A DNA stretch of 64,000 nucleotides, taken from NCBI GenBank assembly GCA_963693365.1, contig CAVNZM010000016.1, forward strand, positions 584,595 to 648,594, read 5' to 3'. The position numbers were made by a program, and so were the translations under genes. Shown one piece after another: positions 1-27,058 of this stretch. The first letter of the stretch is position 1. Every line of letters starts with the position of its first letter. The DNA comes from Amoebidium appalachense. Taxonomy: Eukaryota > Protista > Ichthyosporea. Under the pieces are notes generated by a model. It was not told where the DNA came from, did no database searches, and saw only the letters and a list, made by a program, of their open reading frames with translations.

Positions 1-73
1 AGAGAGAGAGAGCGAGAGAGAGAGAGAGAAACAGAGAGAGACGGAGAGAGAGCGAGAGGGAAGGGGAGCATAC

Positions 74-14853
<14,780 letters not shown>

Positions 14854-15476
14854 TTTTTCGCTCCCCTCCCTATAAAAAGCTCAACAAACGGAAAGATTGA
14901 GGGGAAGATGCAACCGCCAGAATAAAGAAACTGTAAGTGAGACTGTGGCTGTGGCCTCCCTTAGTCACCAGTGCTTGCAGCGGCGAAAATATTTTCTTTA
15001 GAGCAAGGGTAAGGCTCACATAAATGGGCCAAGAAGCGAATGGCAATGTTCAAATAAAATCCATAAAATATATAATTTCATTAATGGGGAAAGAGTCATG
15101 CAAGCGTCTAACCAGAAAAGTTTACTCGTGGTCACTGCACCCCACGCATCAGACATCGATCAGACACGGTTGCCGTTGAAAAAAAAAAACGACCACCGTT
15201 TTGAAGAAAAGACATGTGATGGCGCAATGTCATTGTGATACGTAAAGTGCTATATCTAATATTGGTCTTTCACTCTTTCTCGCTCCCCGGGCTCTCTTCT
15301 TCCTCTCCCTCCTTAAGCCGTCACTCATTGCCTACTTCGCTTAGTTTCTTCCTCACAGCTTCATCCCCTTCTTCTTTCCCTCACTCCCCTTCTCTCCCCT
15401 CCCGGACCCTCCCCCCTCTCTTCCTCTCCCTCTCCGTCTCCCTCTCTCTCTCCCCAACCCCTCTCTCTCTCTCTCT

Positions 15477-15545
<69 letters not shown>

Positions 15546-16449
15546 CTTTCTATCTATCCATCAGGGCATCTTGCCCTTTTCCCTCTCTCTCTCTCTCTCT
15601 CTCCCTCCCGCCCCCACCCTCCCCCTCCCCCCTCTCTTTGCCCAATCCTCTCTCCCACTGTGGCTCCACCCTGCTCCATCCCCAGTCTCACTTTCCATCC
15701 TTCGGTCGCTCTATCTCACCCTCTCCCTCCAGTTTTCTTATCTACTATATATACTACTGTAATGACTGAAACTGGGACTTTTAACTAAAACTGTGGGCTA
15801 GGTGCAGTGTAGTGAGCTTTTTGTGAATGGTCAGCAACATGGTTCGACGCGCAAGGTTGACTAATATATTTTTAACAGCTGTCTTTGTTTTTTGGCCTCA
15901 TCTGCCGGAATTTCCCGTCCCCGTGTCAATAAACTTTGAACGTGCATTTCCAGCCTTTCCTTGTGAAGCCGAGTAACCTGGAGCAGAGAAGTTGTCTTAT
16001 GAGTGTGCTTGACAAAGCATAGCAAAACCGGTTTCTAACAGCACATTAACACATTGTTGTTCCACATTCAAGCCTCGGCAGATGCCTTAAATCTCCTGCA
16101 AATCAGCCTTCGTGTGCAACAATCAGATTTTTACCAGTTTCCAATCCACATCCCTTCCCGTCGGCTTAGTGTTTGAGCTCCTGCTTCCAATATTATCTTG
16201 TTTAGCATAGACCACTTATGAATCCCTTCATTCACTCTCACCAGCTCTCAGTTTCATTCCTTCCAGTCCTTCGATCCTCCCTCCTCCCCAATCCCATTCC
16301 CTCCCTGCCTAGAGGCATGTAAACCTTGCACGCTTTCTCACACCTTGGGTGTGGACCTTTTACTAAAAGGGACCCCTAAAAGCATTTGCATTGACCCCCA
16401 TCCCTTTTTTTTTTTAATTCAGAAGCGCTCTCTACCTGCCGGGGATCTA

Positions 16450-16960
<511 letters not shown>

Positions 16961-17294
16961 TCTCCTCGATCGCGAGTCTCCAAACGTTCCTTTCTCGCGA
17001 GAACTGGAAATCCTGCTCGCCCCCCCCCCTCCCCCCTCCCCCCGCTCTCCCCCGGGACTCCGATAGACTAAGTGTCTCCTATGCGTATTACCTCTCTGTC
17101 CTCGTGGCTCTCAATACGTTTTATATACTCCCTCCTCCCCCCTTTCCACCAACCACCAGTTGCCGTGCACTGACACTCACCCAGCATGCGCATGCATGGC
17201 CATGCCATCCACTATTAGTCTTCCTGCAGCTATGAATTCGTGGTCATCGGCGAACGTTGCACATACACGCACTAACACACACACCGTCCGCACA

Positions 17295-17393
<99 letters not shown>

Positions 17394-17656
17394 ACCCGCA
17401 CGCACGCACGTACGCACGCGCGTACAAGGTGTTCGCTTTCGTTTTTCCGAAATGCAATAGGGGGTTTACGCTGTTTACTCGAGGCAAAGAGAACCAGTCT
17501 CAGGTATGGGGGGGGGGGGTTTGCTCGGAATATCCCCTCAGCGGTATATCATGATCACGTACATAGATGTCGGGTGGTGACTATATATCAGGGTTTACTT
17601 TCTCTACGAGACACCATAAAGACTACAAGGAGAAATCAATTAGTTGGGGTTCCCCG

Positions 17657-17687
<31 letters not shown>

Positions 17688-17720
17688 GGGCTCCCCCTCG
17701 GGACACTCGGTATCAGCTGG

Positions 17721-17769
<49 letters not shown>

Positions 17770-19445
17770 TGTTTGTGTGTGTGTGTGTGCGCGTGCGCTA
17801 TAATTTTGTAGTGATGTGTTTCTCAAGCCAATCAATACATCTAATAAACAGGTCGTAGTTACGCGTGTTTAGTATAAAATCAAGGATGTTGTAATTTACA
17901 GGTAGGCTATCTTTCTGGGTGTCTGTTGTGAATGTGACGTGTGTGTGTTGCGGTATTATGTGGTCTATCAAACTACATTTGGCGATACATGACCGGTTAA
18001 ACTGGTGTGTGTGTGTGTTGTTTGGGCATGCAAATGATGCCACCTTATACTTATTAGATCTCCACTGTATAGCACGTGTACAGTAAAAGCGTGGTAATTG
18101 ATCAATAATACCATCAGCTAGAGAAAGACCAGTTCTACAGGAAGGTAATATGTATTTAGGTGTTATACACTTGCGAGTGCCATATTTGGCAATATGGTTG
18201 AGGCGGTCAGTATATATAAAACGAGACATAAGGCTTAGTTTTTCAAGGTGTATGCTTTCATCGGGTCTAGTGTCGTGTGGTATCTTTTTCCATTTGTTAT
18301 ATTGCGTGATTATCTTGTGATTGTGTACATGTTTAATAAGTAAGTGGCAGTCCAAAGTCACACACACACTATTGCGGGGTTTATTTGTATTTGTGCCCAG
18401 GGGAGAAGGGGAGAGAGAGGGGAGGAAAGAGGGGAGAGGTGAGGAGGGGACAGGTCGGATAGAGAAGAGAGGGTGGGAGGGCAAATACTTCTTTAAGCGG
18501 CTTATGTGCTTATTGAATTTCAGCGCGAGATAGGATACTCTAGCAGCTATTGGGACCAGACCATATATCGAGAGCGTTACAGGCCCAGGTTTACAACAGT
18601 TGTTAGATAGAAAGGAGGCAACTTCTGCTTCAAGGAAATTTGCCAAGGGTTTAAGCGCTCTAGTTCTCTCTTTCTTGATCCAAGCGGCGAGAAGGGGTAA
18701 ACCATATTCACATGCCGGGAAGACAAAAGTGCGAATAAATGTAAGTCTAATAGAAGGATGGAGGGGTGTGTCTTTAAAAATATTAGCCGAGAAGAAAGCT
18801 AACCGCTTACGAGCCAACTCTACCCTCTTTTCGACCATATGGGGAAACATAACACCAACAGAATCAACCGGAACACCAAGATATTTGTATTCTGGAACTA
18901 TAGGTACAGGTTTAGATGATAATGTAAATGTGTGTAAATTTTTAGCTATATCAGGTACAAGAACACCACATTTGTCTATGTTAAGGATCATAAGGTTTGC
19001 CTTGCACCACTCTGACACTACATCGAACAATCTTTGCAGGCGTCTAGGGGTACGGGCAAGGAGGGACAGATCATCAGCATAGAGAAGTGCAGGCGGAAAG
19101 TTATTAATAGGGTCATCGTTTTCGGCGTAAATCTTGACAGCCAAATCATCTATAAATAGGTTAAACAAAAAGGGGCTAAGCAATGAACCCTGCAAGAGAC
19201 CTCTAGTACGAGCAAAACCATATGAAAGATGCCCATTAACCACAGCTCTACCATAGGTTTGAGACAAGAGTGCTTCTAACAGAACACCAATGCAGTGTGG
19301 TACACCCCGTGCAGCAAGCTTTTCCCATAGGAGACCAGGGGAGACAGACTCGTAAGCAGTTTTCCAATCAATAAAGCCAACATATTGTGCACCAACTTGC
19401 ATAGAATCGTGCAGTGCCATTATTTGAACATAACATGAATTGTTT
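17657..19445 (-). mobile_element. 5'-truncated non-LTR retrotransposon (LINE-like)
   Basis: RT ORF starts mid-domain, with no endonuclease or ORF1 upstream. The stop is followed by (CA)n, a short unique 3' segment and a poly(A) tail (T run 17657-17683). No target-site duplication recognised. Confidence 0.88.
17798..19420 (-). CDS. Non-LTR reverse transcriptase (partial) with C-terminal Cys/His motif
   Basis: FIDWKTAYESV, RGLLQGSLLSPFLFNLFIDDL, LLYADDL, NIDKC, YKYLGV; C-terminal WR...CP...FNRSCIAKC. Confidence 0.93.
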   Translation of the reverse strand: MALHDSMQVGAQYVGFIDWKTAYESVSPGLLWEKLAARGVPHCIGVLLEALLSQTYGRAVVNGHLSYGFARTRGLLQGSLLSPFLFNLFIDDLAVKIYAENDDPINNFPPALLYADDLSLLARTPRRLQRLFDVVSEWCKANLMILNIDKCGVLVPDIAKNLHTFTLSSKPVPIVPEYKYLGVPVDSVGVMFPHMVEKRVELARKRLAFFSANIFKDTPLHPSIRLTFIRTFVFPACEYGLPLLAAWIKKERTRALKPLANFLEAEVASFLSNNCCKPGPVTLSIYGLVPIAARVSYLALKFNKHISRLKKYLPSHPLFSIRPVPSSPLPSFLPSLSPSPLGTNTNKPRNSVCVTLDCHLLIKHVHNHKIITQYNKWKKIPHDTRPDESIHLEKLSLMSRFIYTDRLNHIAKYGTRKCITPKYILPSCRTGLSLADGIIDQLPRFYCTRAIQWRSNKYKVASFACPNNTHTHQFNRSCIAKCSLIDHIIPQHTHVTFTTDTQKDSLPVNYNILDFILNTRNYDLFIRCIDWLEKHITTKL

Positions 19446-20284
19446 TCTTGTGCAGAATGTTGGTCTATAAAAAAGTTATTTCTGGCATATTCTAAATTGA
19501 GAATTTCGACAATATTTTCTGCCCAGATAGGGTTCTTAAAAACCTTTTATCAAGAATCGAACAATAGCGTCTTCTTTTGAGCATGAACCCCATTTAATTA
19601 ATAGAGTCTAGGTTGAACATCACGTCGGTCATTTTGATTGGCTATTATTACACCAGCGTCTGATTGGCGGGAATCGCACCGGTCGAATGGCAACGGGCTG
19701 TCACCTCGAACATGTCCGAGACGACAATTCAAGCTATACGTACGAGGGAAAATGAATTAGTAGGCTTAATAAAGGGGAATATAAACATTCAAGTCTTTTC
19801 TGGTTTTGTACCAATTTATACATTACGTAAGAGAGCTCGTCTATAGTGCACATGCATGGTAGCGCGACTTACCAGCCCCTTTGTTCTCGCTTTCTCGCCA
19901 TTTCATTGCAATCTTCATTTCCGCTCTTAAATAATCGAGTATGACATTTACGAGGTAGTACACCTGACCGACTCAGCCATTCATTACATAACCAGCACAC
20001 AACTCGACCACCGTCACACACGTCCACTTGGCCGCCAGGTGCACACAGTGATTTTGCTTCTCTTCTCTAAAGGCTTTCCTTCTACATAGGTTCCTCTGTA
20101 TCTGACCGGTTATACAGGAAATATGTCTGCAACACAGCTTCACTTCTAATTAATGTTCCCTGTTAGAACGTGGCCAAACACCTAGTAGAGTAGTTAGTGT
20201 GTATGTGTTAGGACTTTATCTGTATGTGTTAACTTTTCTAGCCAGCTTATACCCTTTCTTATCGAAAACAAAAACATATACACA

Positions 20285-21910
20285 ATGGCCTCTACAGGAA
20301 CACTGCCCAAGGAAGGGCGCGATGGTGCTGACGGTACTTTCACACGCAAAAGCGTCAAATACATCATCCACAACTCATACGTCCCGGCGCTAAAACAAGC
20401 GCTCGAATTTAACATGGGTGTGTCCCCGTTCACTCTTTCTACCGGGGAGGTTGTCAGCACGCAGCAAGTACACAGCGTGTATTTTGACAACGAAGAGTTG
20501 GGGCTCTATCACGAACGCGTCGTCAAAGCGGACAAGTCGAAACTCGTCCGCGTTCGGTGGTACGGGGACAGCCTGGTGCGGTCGTCCGTTTTCATCGAGC
20601 GGAAAAAACATCACGACGCAGAGGCCAAGGCCATGGGTAAACAGAGCACCAAGAAGCGCGCCGAGCTACCACTTGCACGAGTGGAGGCGTACCTTAACGG
20701 AAACTGGAAATACGAGGGCGACGACGTCCCGGGGTTCTTAACGAAAACGCAGAACCTCGTGCATGAACTTCAGCTCAGGCCGATGGTTCAGACGCTTTAC
20801 GACCGCACGTCGTTCCAAAACGACAACAACAAAAACCTGCGCATCACGTTGGACGAAAATGTTCGCATCTACAAGGAGAGGCAGACGTGGTCCGAAATCG
20901 TCACGGCGGACGGTCGGCCCGTCGGTGTGCCTGCGACGATGGGGTTTGCGGTGATGGAGGTTAAGGTGAAGAAAGACCCGAGCATGCGCCTTAAAGATCA
21001 TTACCCCGACTGGCTGCTTGAACAGCTGGAGAGCGATCACGTGAGCAAGTTAAAGATCAGCAAGTACAACTACGGCATCTACAATCTGTTCACTGAACGT
21101 TGCTACATTGCACCTCACTGGCTGGACGAATTGAACATGTTTATGGCTACTGGGCCCCTTTCCGCTCCCCTGCCTCCCCCTGTACCTCCGAAAAAGGCGG
21201 AAACCAGTGTTGCAATCAGTGCACGTGGAAACATGATCGACGTGAACTCGAAAACGTCAAAGGTGGTGTACCCTGAGGCGAGCAGTGTTACTCTTCTCTC
21301 CAACCACAGTTCCGAAAACAGCCAACACGAGCTGATTGGCGGTGCCGCAAAGGGAGGGAACACCGGGAAAAAGTCCATCTGGCACATGCCGAAATGGATG
21401 CATTCGGCAATGTCGAAGAAAAGAGACAAGAAAGAAGACGATCCTAAGGGAGGGTTGGTGCCGACGGGCGCAACCGCGATCACCATCCCCACCAACCGCC
21501 CTCTTTTGCGCAAAAAGGGGGTCGACGCAAAGGCGCTATTGGCCAACGAACGAAACTATTTCCATTGGGTGAGAATGTCTGTGTTCATGGCGGTATTCTC
21601 CCTCGGTTTGATCCATCTTCACGGGGAGGGGGTAAAGGAAAAAGTCACGTTTATCGTGTGTTCGATCGACGTGGTGATTCTTTACGCGACGGTACAGTTT
21701 CACAGGCGCGCGCTCGAACTTACGCGCGGAGCCGTCGATCCCGCGGTGAAGATTTTCTACTCGAAATATGGTCCGACGGTTTTGGCGATGTTTTTGATGT
21801 TGTTTTTCACCGCGTACATGGTCTTATTGTGGGTTATGGGGGAGACGCACCATGAGCATATTCAGCCGGCACTGAACGCAAACTTGGCGATGGTCTCCAA
21901 CACACCGTAG
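20285..21910 (+). CDS. VTC4: Vacuolar transporter chaperone (VTC) polyphosphate polymerase, Vtc4-like: VTC catalytic domain plus DUF202 3-TM domain, no SPX; single exon
   Basis: 541-aa uninterrupted ORF with RKSVKY, HSVYFDN, VRVRWYG, FIERK, LRITLD, VMEVK, KISKY, and LANER..W followed by three hydrophobic helices. Confidence 0.88.
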   Translation: MASTGTLPKEGRDGADGTFTRKSVKYIIHNSYVPALKQALEFNMGVSPFTLSTGEVVSTQQVHSVYFDNEELGLYHERVVKADKSKLVRVRWYGDSLVRSSVFIERKKHHDAEAKAMGKQSTKKRAELPLARVEAYLNGNWKYEGDDVPGFLTKTQNLVHELQLRPMVQTLYDRTSFQNDNNKNLRITLDENVRIYKERQTWSEIVTADGRPVGVPATMGFAVMEVKVKKDPSMRLKDHYPDWLLEQLESDHVSKLKISKYNYGIYNLFTERCYIAPHWLDELNMFMATGPLSAPLPPPVPPKKAETSVAISARGNMIDVNSKTSKVVYPEASSVTLLSNHSSENSQHELIGGAAKGGNTGKKSIWHMPKWMHSAMSKKRDKKEDDPKGGLVPTGATAITIPTNRPLLRKKGVDAKALLANERNYFHWVRMSVFMAVFSLGLIHLHGEGVKEKVTFIVCSIDVVILYATVQFHRRALELTRGAVDPAVKIFYSKYGPTVLAMFLMLFFTAYMVLLWVMGETHHEHIQPALNANLAMVSNTP

Positions 21911-22006
21911 TCGCCGATTGAGATTGAAATTTCAGGTGGATGTTTTATGTTCTTATTGTGGTAGTGTTGTTGTTGTTGTTTTTGTTTTTTTTTTTGGCCT
22001 TTTTCG

Positions 22007-22047
<41 letters not shown>

Positions 22048-23370
22048 AGGTCAAGAGACCAAGTATGGAAGCAGCCTGCAAGTTGTGATTTTTATAGTTG
22101 ATAAGTGTACGATTGGGGATAAAAGCGGTTCGGTGTGGAAGCGAGAGTCAGCTTGTTGGCTTTTCGTAGATGGTTGATGAAAGTTATGGATTGCCCGCTT
22201 AGATGTGTCTTATATACTATGCAAAGTTATGTCAAGACTGTTTCTTCTTTCTTTTTTTTTTTTTGCTTGAAACCTTTTTATTCGCAGTTTCATATGATCA
22301 AGAAACCTTTTTATTCGCAGTTTCATCTGATCTAGAGCTTGCTATTATCTTTCTTTTTTTAATACTTAGCATACGGCGTGTGTGTCGGGGGGGAAGGGGG
22401 GGGGGGGGGGGGTTGATTTAGAGCTGTGACATTTGAACGTCTTTGTTAACTGCAAACAAACTGAATGCATACCTGGAAACATGATTCGGGCAATAACCTG
22501 ATACATTAACCATTTCTTAGAACTTATAGTTTTAATAAGTGCAGCTATAATATTTATAAGTGCAGCTATAATATTTAAAAACTACTGCTGGATTTTTTGG
22601 GATGGTTTAAATTTAATTGTTAGAGATTAGTTGTTGTTTCTCAAGTTGCACTTAAAATAGTTCGTGTTCATTCTCTGAGTACGGACTCTAACCTGCCAAC
22701 AACTCCGGGTGAGCCTGGCATATAACTGTTTAGCTGAGGAAGTAAACAGATATTTCCACATGTGTAGCCCATAATACCCCCTGCCCTCCTCCCCCTCCAA
22801 CCCTTCTCCCCCTCCCGCCCATCTCCTCTCTCTCTCTCTCGATGTCTCTCACACATCCACAAACTCTCTCTCTCTCCCCCTTTCCCCCAGGCCAGTGGGT
22901 AGGTGGGTGGGTGGGAGAGGGAGGAGGAGGGGGAGGAAGGGGTGTAAGGCTGGGACCAGACGTTGCTTTGAACTGTTCAGGAGCTTTTTTTTTCTTTCTT
23001 TTTTTTTTCTTTTTTTTTTTTTTGGTTTTTATTGGGGGGGGGGGGGGGGGGGGGGGGGAAGGTGAGGCCGAGGGGGAGGGAGGGGGGGGGGGGGGGGGGG
23101 GGAGCAGGAGCGCTGTTCTAAAGCCTCCAAACGACTGGGGATTAGACGAGCAGATTTGAGGGTAGTGGTAATGATGTGGGGGGGGGGGGGGGGGGGGAGG
23201 GAGGAAGGGGGGGGGGGGGGGGGGGGGGGACGGTGAATATCTTTGTGGGGATAATTGTTGTGCTATTTCTATGAGAGTAGCGAAGGTTTCAATATTATTA
23301 TGTGGTAATGTGTGTTTGGCTTTCATGTTTGGGTGCATGGTGTAAGGGTAACTGTATCCGGGGATCCGCG

Positions 23371-23422
<52 letters not shown>

Positions 23423-23803
23423 ACAGTGTATTTTCCGTATTTTTCATAAAGAAGTTTGGATAAACTCTACAGGCGTGTATAATGACATAAAAGAGCACAT
23501 GAAAACATGACAATTACGCATTTGAAAACAAAGGAAACTGCCAAAATGCAAAATTAAGAAAACACCCCCCATCGATTTACCAGTGTGACTCAACACACAG
23601 GCACACACTTCAGTGCTATTGCAACTACTTGAAACCATTGTGGCACCCATTCCCCTCCCCTCCCTCCCTCTCTCCCCCCCCCCCCCCCCCCCCCCGCCAC
23701 CGCCCTCCCCACACACACGTACACCACACACACACACACGCACGCACGCACCCACACACTCACGGACGCACGCACGCACGCCAAAAACACAAACACACGC
23801 ACA

Positions 23804-23884
<81 letters not shown>

Positions 23885-23978
23885 GCACACGCACACACAT
23901 ACACACACACCACAAATGCACACACACTCCCACACAAACAAACACCCGCCCTCCACACACCACTCACCCACGAGTGTT

Positions 23979-24022
<44 letters not shown>

Positions 24023-24604
24023 AAAGAAAAAAAAACCACCACCCATATCCTCTCGTCGTCGACCCTCCCAATCCGACAGAAAGTTTGCACTATTTACTGT
24101 ATATGGTGTAATATCATAATGCCTACATTTGATTTGCTCTGATGGAAAAGATCGGATTTTCCGAGGGAAATCTGGGTAGAATTTACGTGGCTGCATACAA
24201 ACCAGAGAGTAGAAAGGAATGAGACGGGGTGGGTGGGTGAGGGGATGGGGTTGATGGGACGGGGGAGGGGGAAGGAAGATGTGTCTGTGCGTGTGTGTGT
24301 GTGTGTATGGGGCGCTGGGGGGGGGGGGGGGGGGGGGGGGGGGGTGCGACGACTATGGTAAGAAGAGCAAAACCACACGTGCACCAGTGGTGTGTGGGTG
24401 TGTGGGTGTGTGGGTGTGTGCGTGTGTGCGTGCGTATGCGTGTGCGTGTGTGTGTGTAGCGTTTAAACATTCTCAATGCACATTCTGGAAAAACAAGCTC
24501 CCACAAATAGGAAAAAAAAACTTCAAAATGTAAATTGATTAACATTTTTGGGTGGAACACAGGTTAATTTATGTAATGGAGCTTCACTTGCCTGTGGGAA
24601 AATG

Positions 24605-24642
<38 letters not shown>

Positions 24643-25223
24643 ATAGGAGGGAGAATTGGAAATGTGTTTTTTTAGAGGGGTTTACGGGTGAGGGGTGGGG
24701 GAGAGGGGGGATCTTTGTGGGCAGGGGTCATAGGAAAATGTAAATGATGAATTTCTTAGAGGGTGTGTGTATGAATTTGCAATGGACAGTGCCTGTGTGG
24801 CCAGAATTGTTTTGCAACGGAAACGGGTGGTTATCCCCAGCTTAAGACCATGCACACGATGGGCGCTTTAGTGTATAAAACGAGCTTGGATTCTCGGAAA
24901 ATTGCGGCAAAAACGATAAAGCACACACACACAAAGACGCAACTTTATTTAGAGACTCCCACACACTGGTGTCGTGAACCACATACATCATTCCATATAT
25001 GTTTGTTTGTGTTATTGAGGCAACCTCCTTTCCTCCCCTCCCCACATTACGGCTAAATATGCATCGCGATGCACGTAGTTCTGTTTCTAACTTACCTCCA
25101 ACAACAATCACCACTACCACGAAACAAACCATCCATGCACACAACAGAAACTCTCCCCAAACCTAAGAGTCTAACCAATCTAACCAGAGTCTAGCAAATC
25201 ACCAACACTTCTACCACACCATA

Positions 25224-25669
25224 TTAGGCAAGGTTAATGGACCCCCCCACATTAGAAGTGGTCCCAATGTCAGCCTTCCCCTTAGGCCCCATCTCCACGC
25301 TACTAGCAAGTTCCGTCTGATCGATAAGACGCGCTGTCTCTTCCGCCTTAATCTGACGCACACGTGCGATCACGATCATAATCGATGCGATCAAACCAAA
25401 CGCCAGAAGTCCCACCGTGGCATATAGGATACCAAAACGGACGACGGAGGATTGAGGGGGGTCCAAGTCGGAAATTTGGTTGGCGGCGTTCGGAATTTGG
25501 ATGAAGACGCTCTTGTCGTCGACCTTTTCGAGGGGGGATGTAATGTTGGTGAGACTGTAGCTGGCGATGCGGATGGCGTCTCTGGAAAACCGACCGGCAA
25601 CCTGCGAAATATAATTTTTTTGGATTAGTGGGTGGATTAAACTTAAAGAAGTTGGGAAGGGAGCTAAGT

Positions 25670-25709
<40 letters not shown>

Positions 25710-26353
25710 TTCACGGAAACCATCGCGGGAGGCGGTGATGATGGGTTGGTTGGGGAGGAATGACCTGAAAAAGGGGGAGGGGAGGGGGAGGGGGTCTTTG
25801 GTATATGCGCAACTGTCGGATATGATGAGAAACCAACAGTGGCTTCCTTCTAATGCGCACTCTCTTTAAACCGGATCAAGGACCTACATATGGGGGTTTT
25901 CAATTTTTTCTTGTTTATATTTTTTGGGGATTTTTTTTTCTCTTTTTGGGAATGGAGGGATGGGGGTGGAGATGAGGGTCAAAAGTGTGTGATTGAGTAT
26001 GAATAACACATTCACCGTGCAGATTTTGCAAAGCACATACACAAAAAATAAGCCCCAAGAACACGGCCCACCCTACGCGCCCGGGGGAGGGGGGGGGGGG
26101 GAGGGGGGAGGGGGGACAGGTCATCCACAGTGTCCGAGTTTCGTGATGGTGGCGGTGGGGAGAGGAGGGAGGGGGAGCGGGGGGAGGAGGGTGGGTGGGA
26201 GGGGGGGTTTCATACCGCAACGTTGAAAGTTACAGTTGTGGCCTGCTTAAGGGCAGTGAGGCGTGAATTTCTGATGACGGGGGGGCTGTAGCTGACCATG
26301 TCGGCCATGAACACTTGCAGCAGCCGCCCACCATCTAGGGCAAGGGTCACCTG

Positions 26354-26389
<36 letters not shown>

Positions 26390-26985
26390 AGATATAGGCA
26401 TTAGCGCTTTTCTAAGGGCCTCTATTTAATTCTCTGGGGAAAGGAGGGAGAAGGGGGGGGGGGGGAGCGGGAAGGGGGGGGGGGGGGGGGGTGGGGGGGC
26501 TGGGGGGGGGGTGGGGGGGTGGGGGGGGGGGGGGGGGGGGGAGATTGTTGGGGAACAGGCTGCAAAAAAAAAAAAAAAAAAAATTGTTGGGGAAACAGCT
26601 TGTTCAAGGTTTTATATGATCTGCTGGTGGCGGCCTGGACCTAAGGAATCTTTTTGAGTTCATCCTTAAAAATTACAAAACAAAAACACAAGAGTGCGAA
26701 AAACACCAGAATCCAGAAGTTCACCGGGAATCTCCAAAACATACCTGCCAGTTAGCAGCGTCGGTGGCCGACTTCTTAAACGTCAGCGAAATTACAGCCT
26801 CATACCCGGTGGCCCACCCATACTTGAATCGGGCCTGCAGATCGAAATCCTCCTTCACCTCACTCACCAGATCGGTGATGTTGTGCGATGAGAGCATGCT
26901 AATTCCCTCGGTGCCTATGTCTGGGGCGATGCAGATACGCTCACCGGGCTGGGTCGGGCAGATGTACACCTGTGTAGGTGTGGGT

Positions 26986-27058
<73 letters not shown>

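Noticed and set aside
25715-26072. Extra candidate GH19 exons (25715-25764, about 26016-26072)
   Set aside because: Exons 26216-26350 and 25224-25601 join in phase 0 with sensible sequence, so these are not needed.
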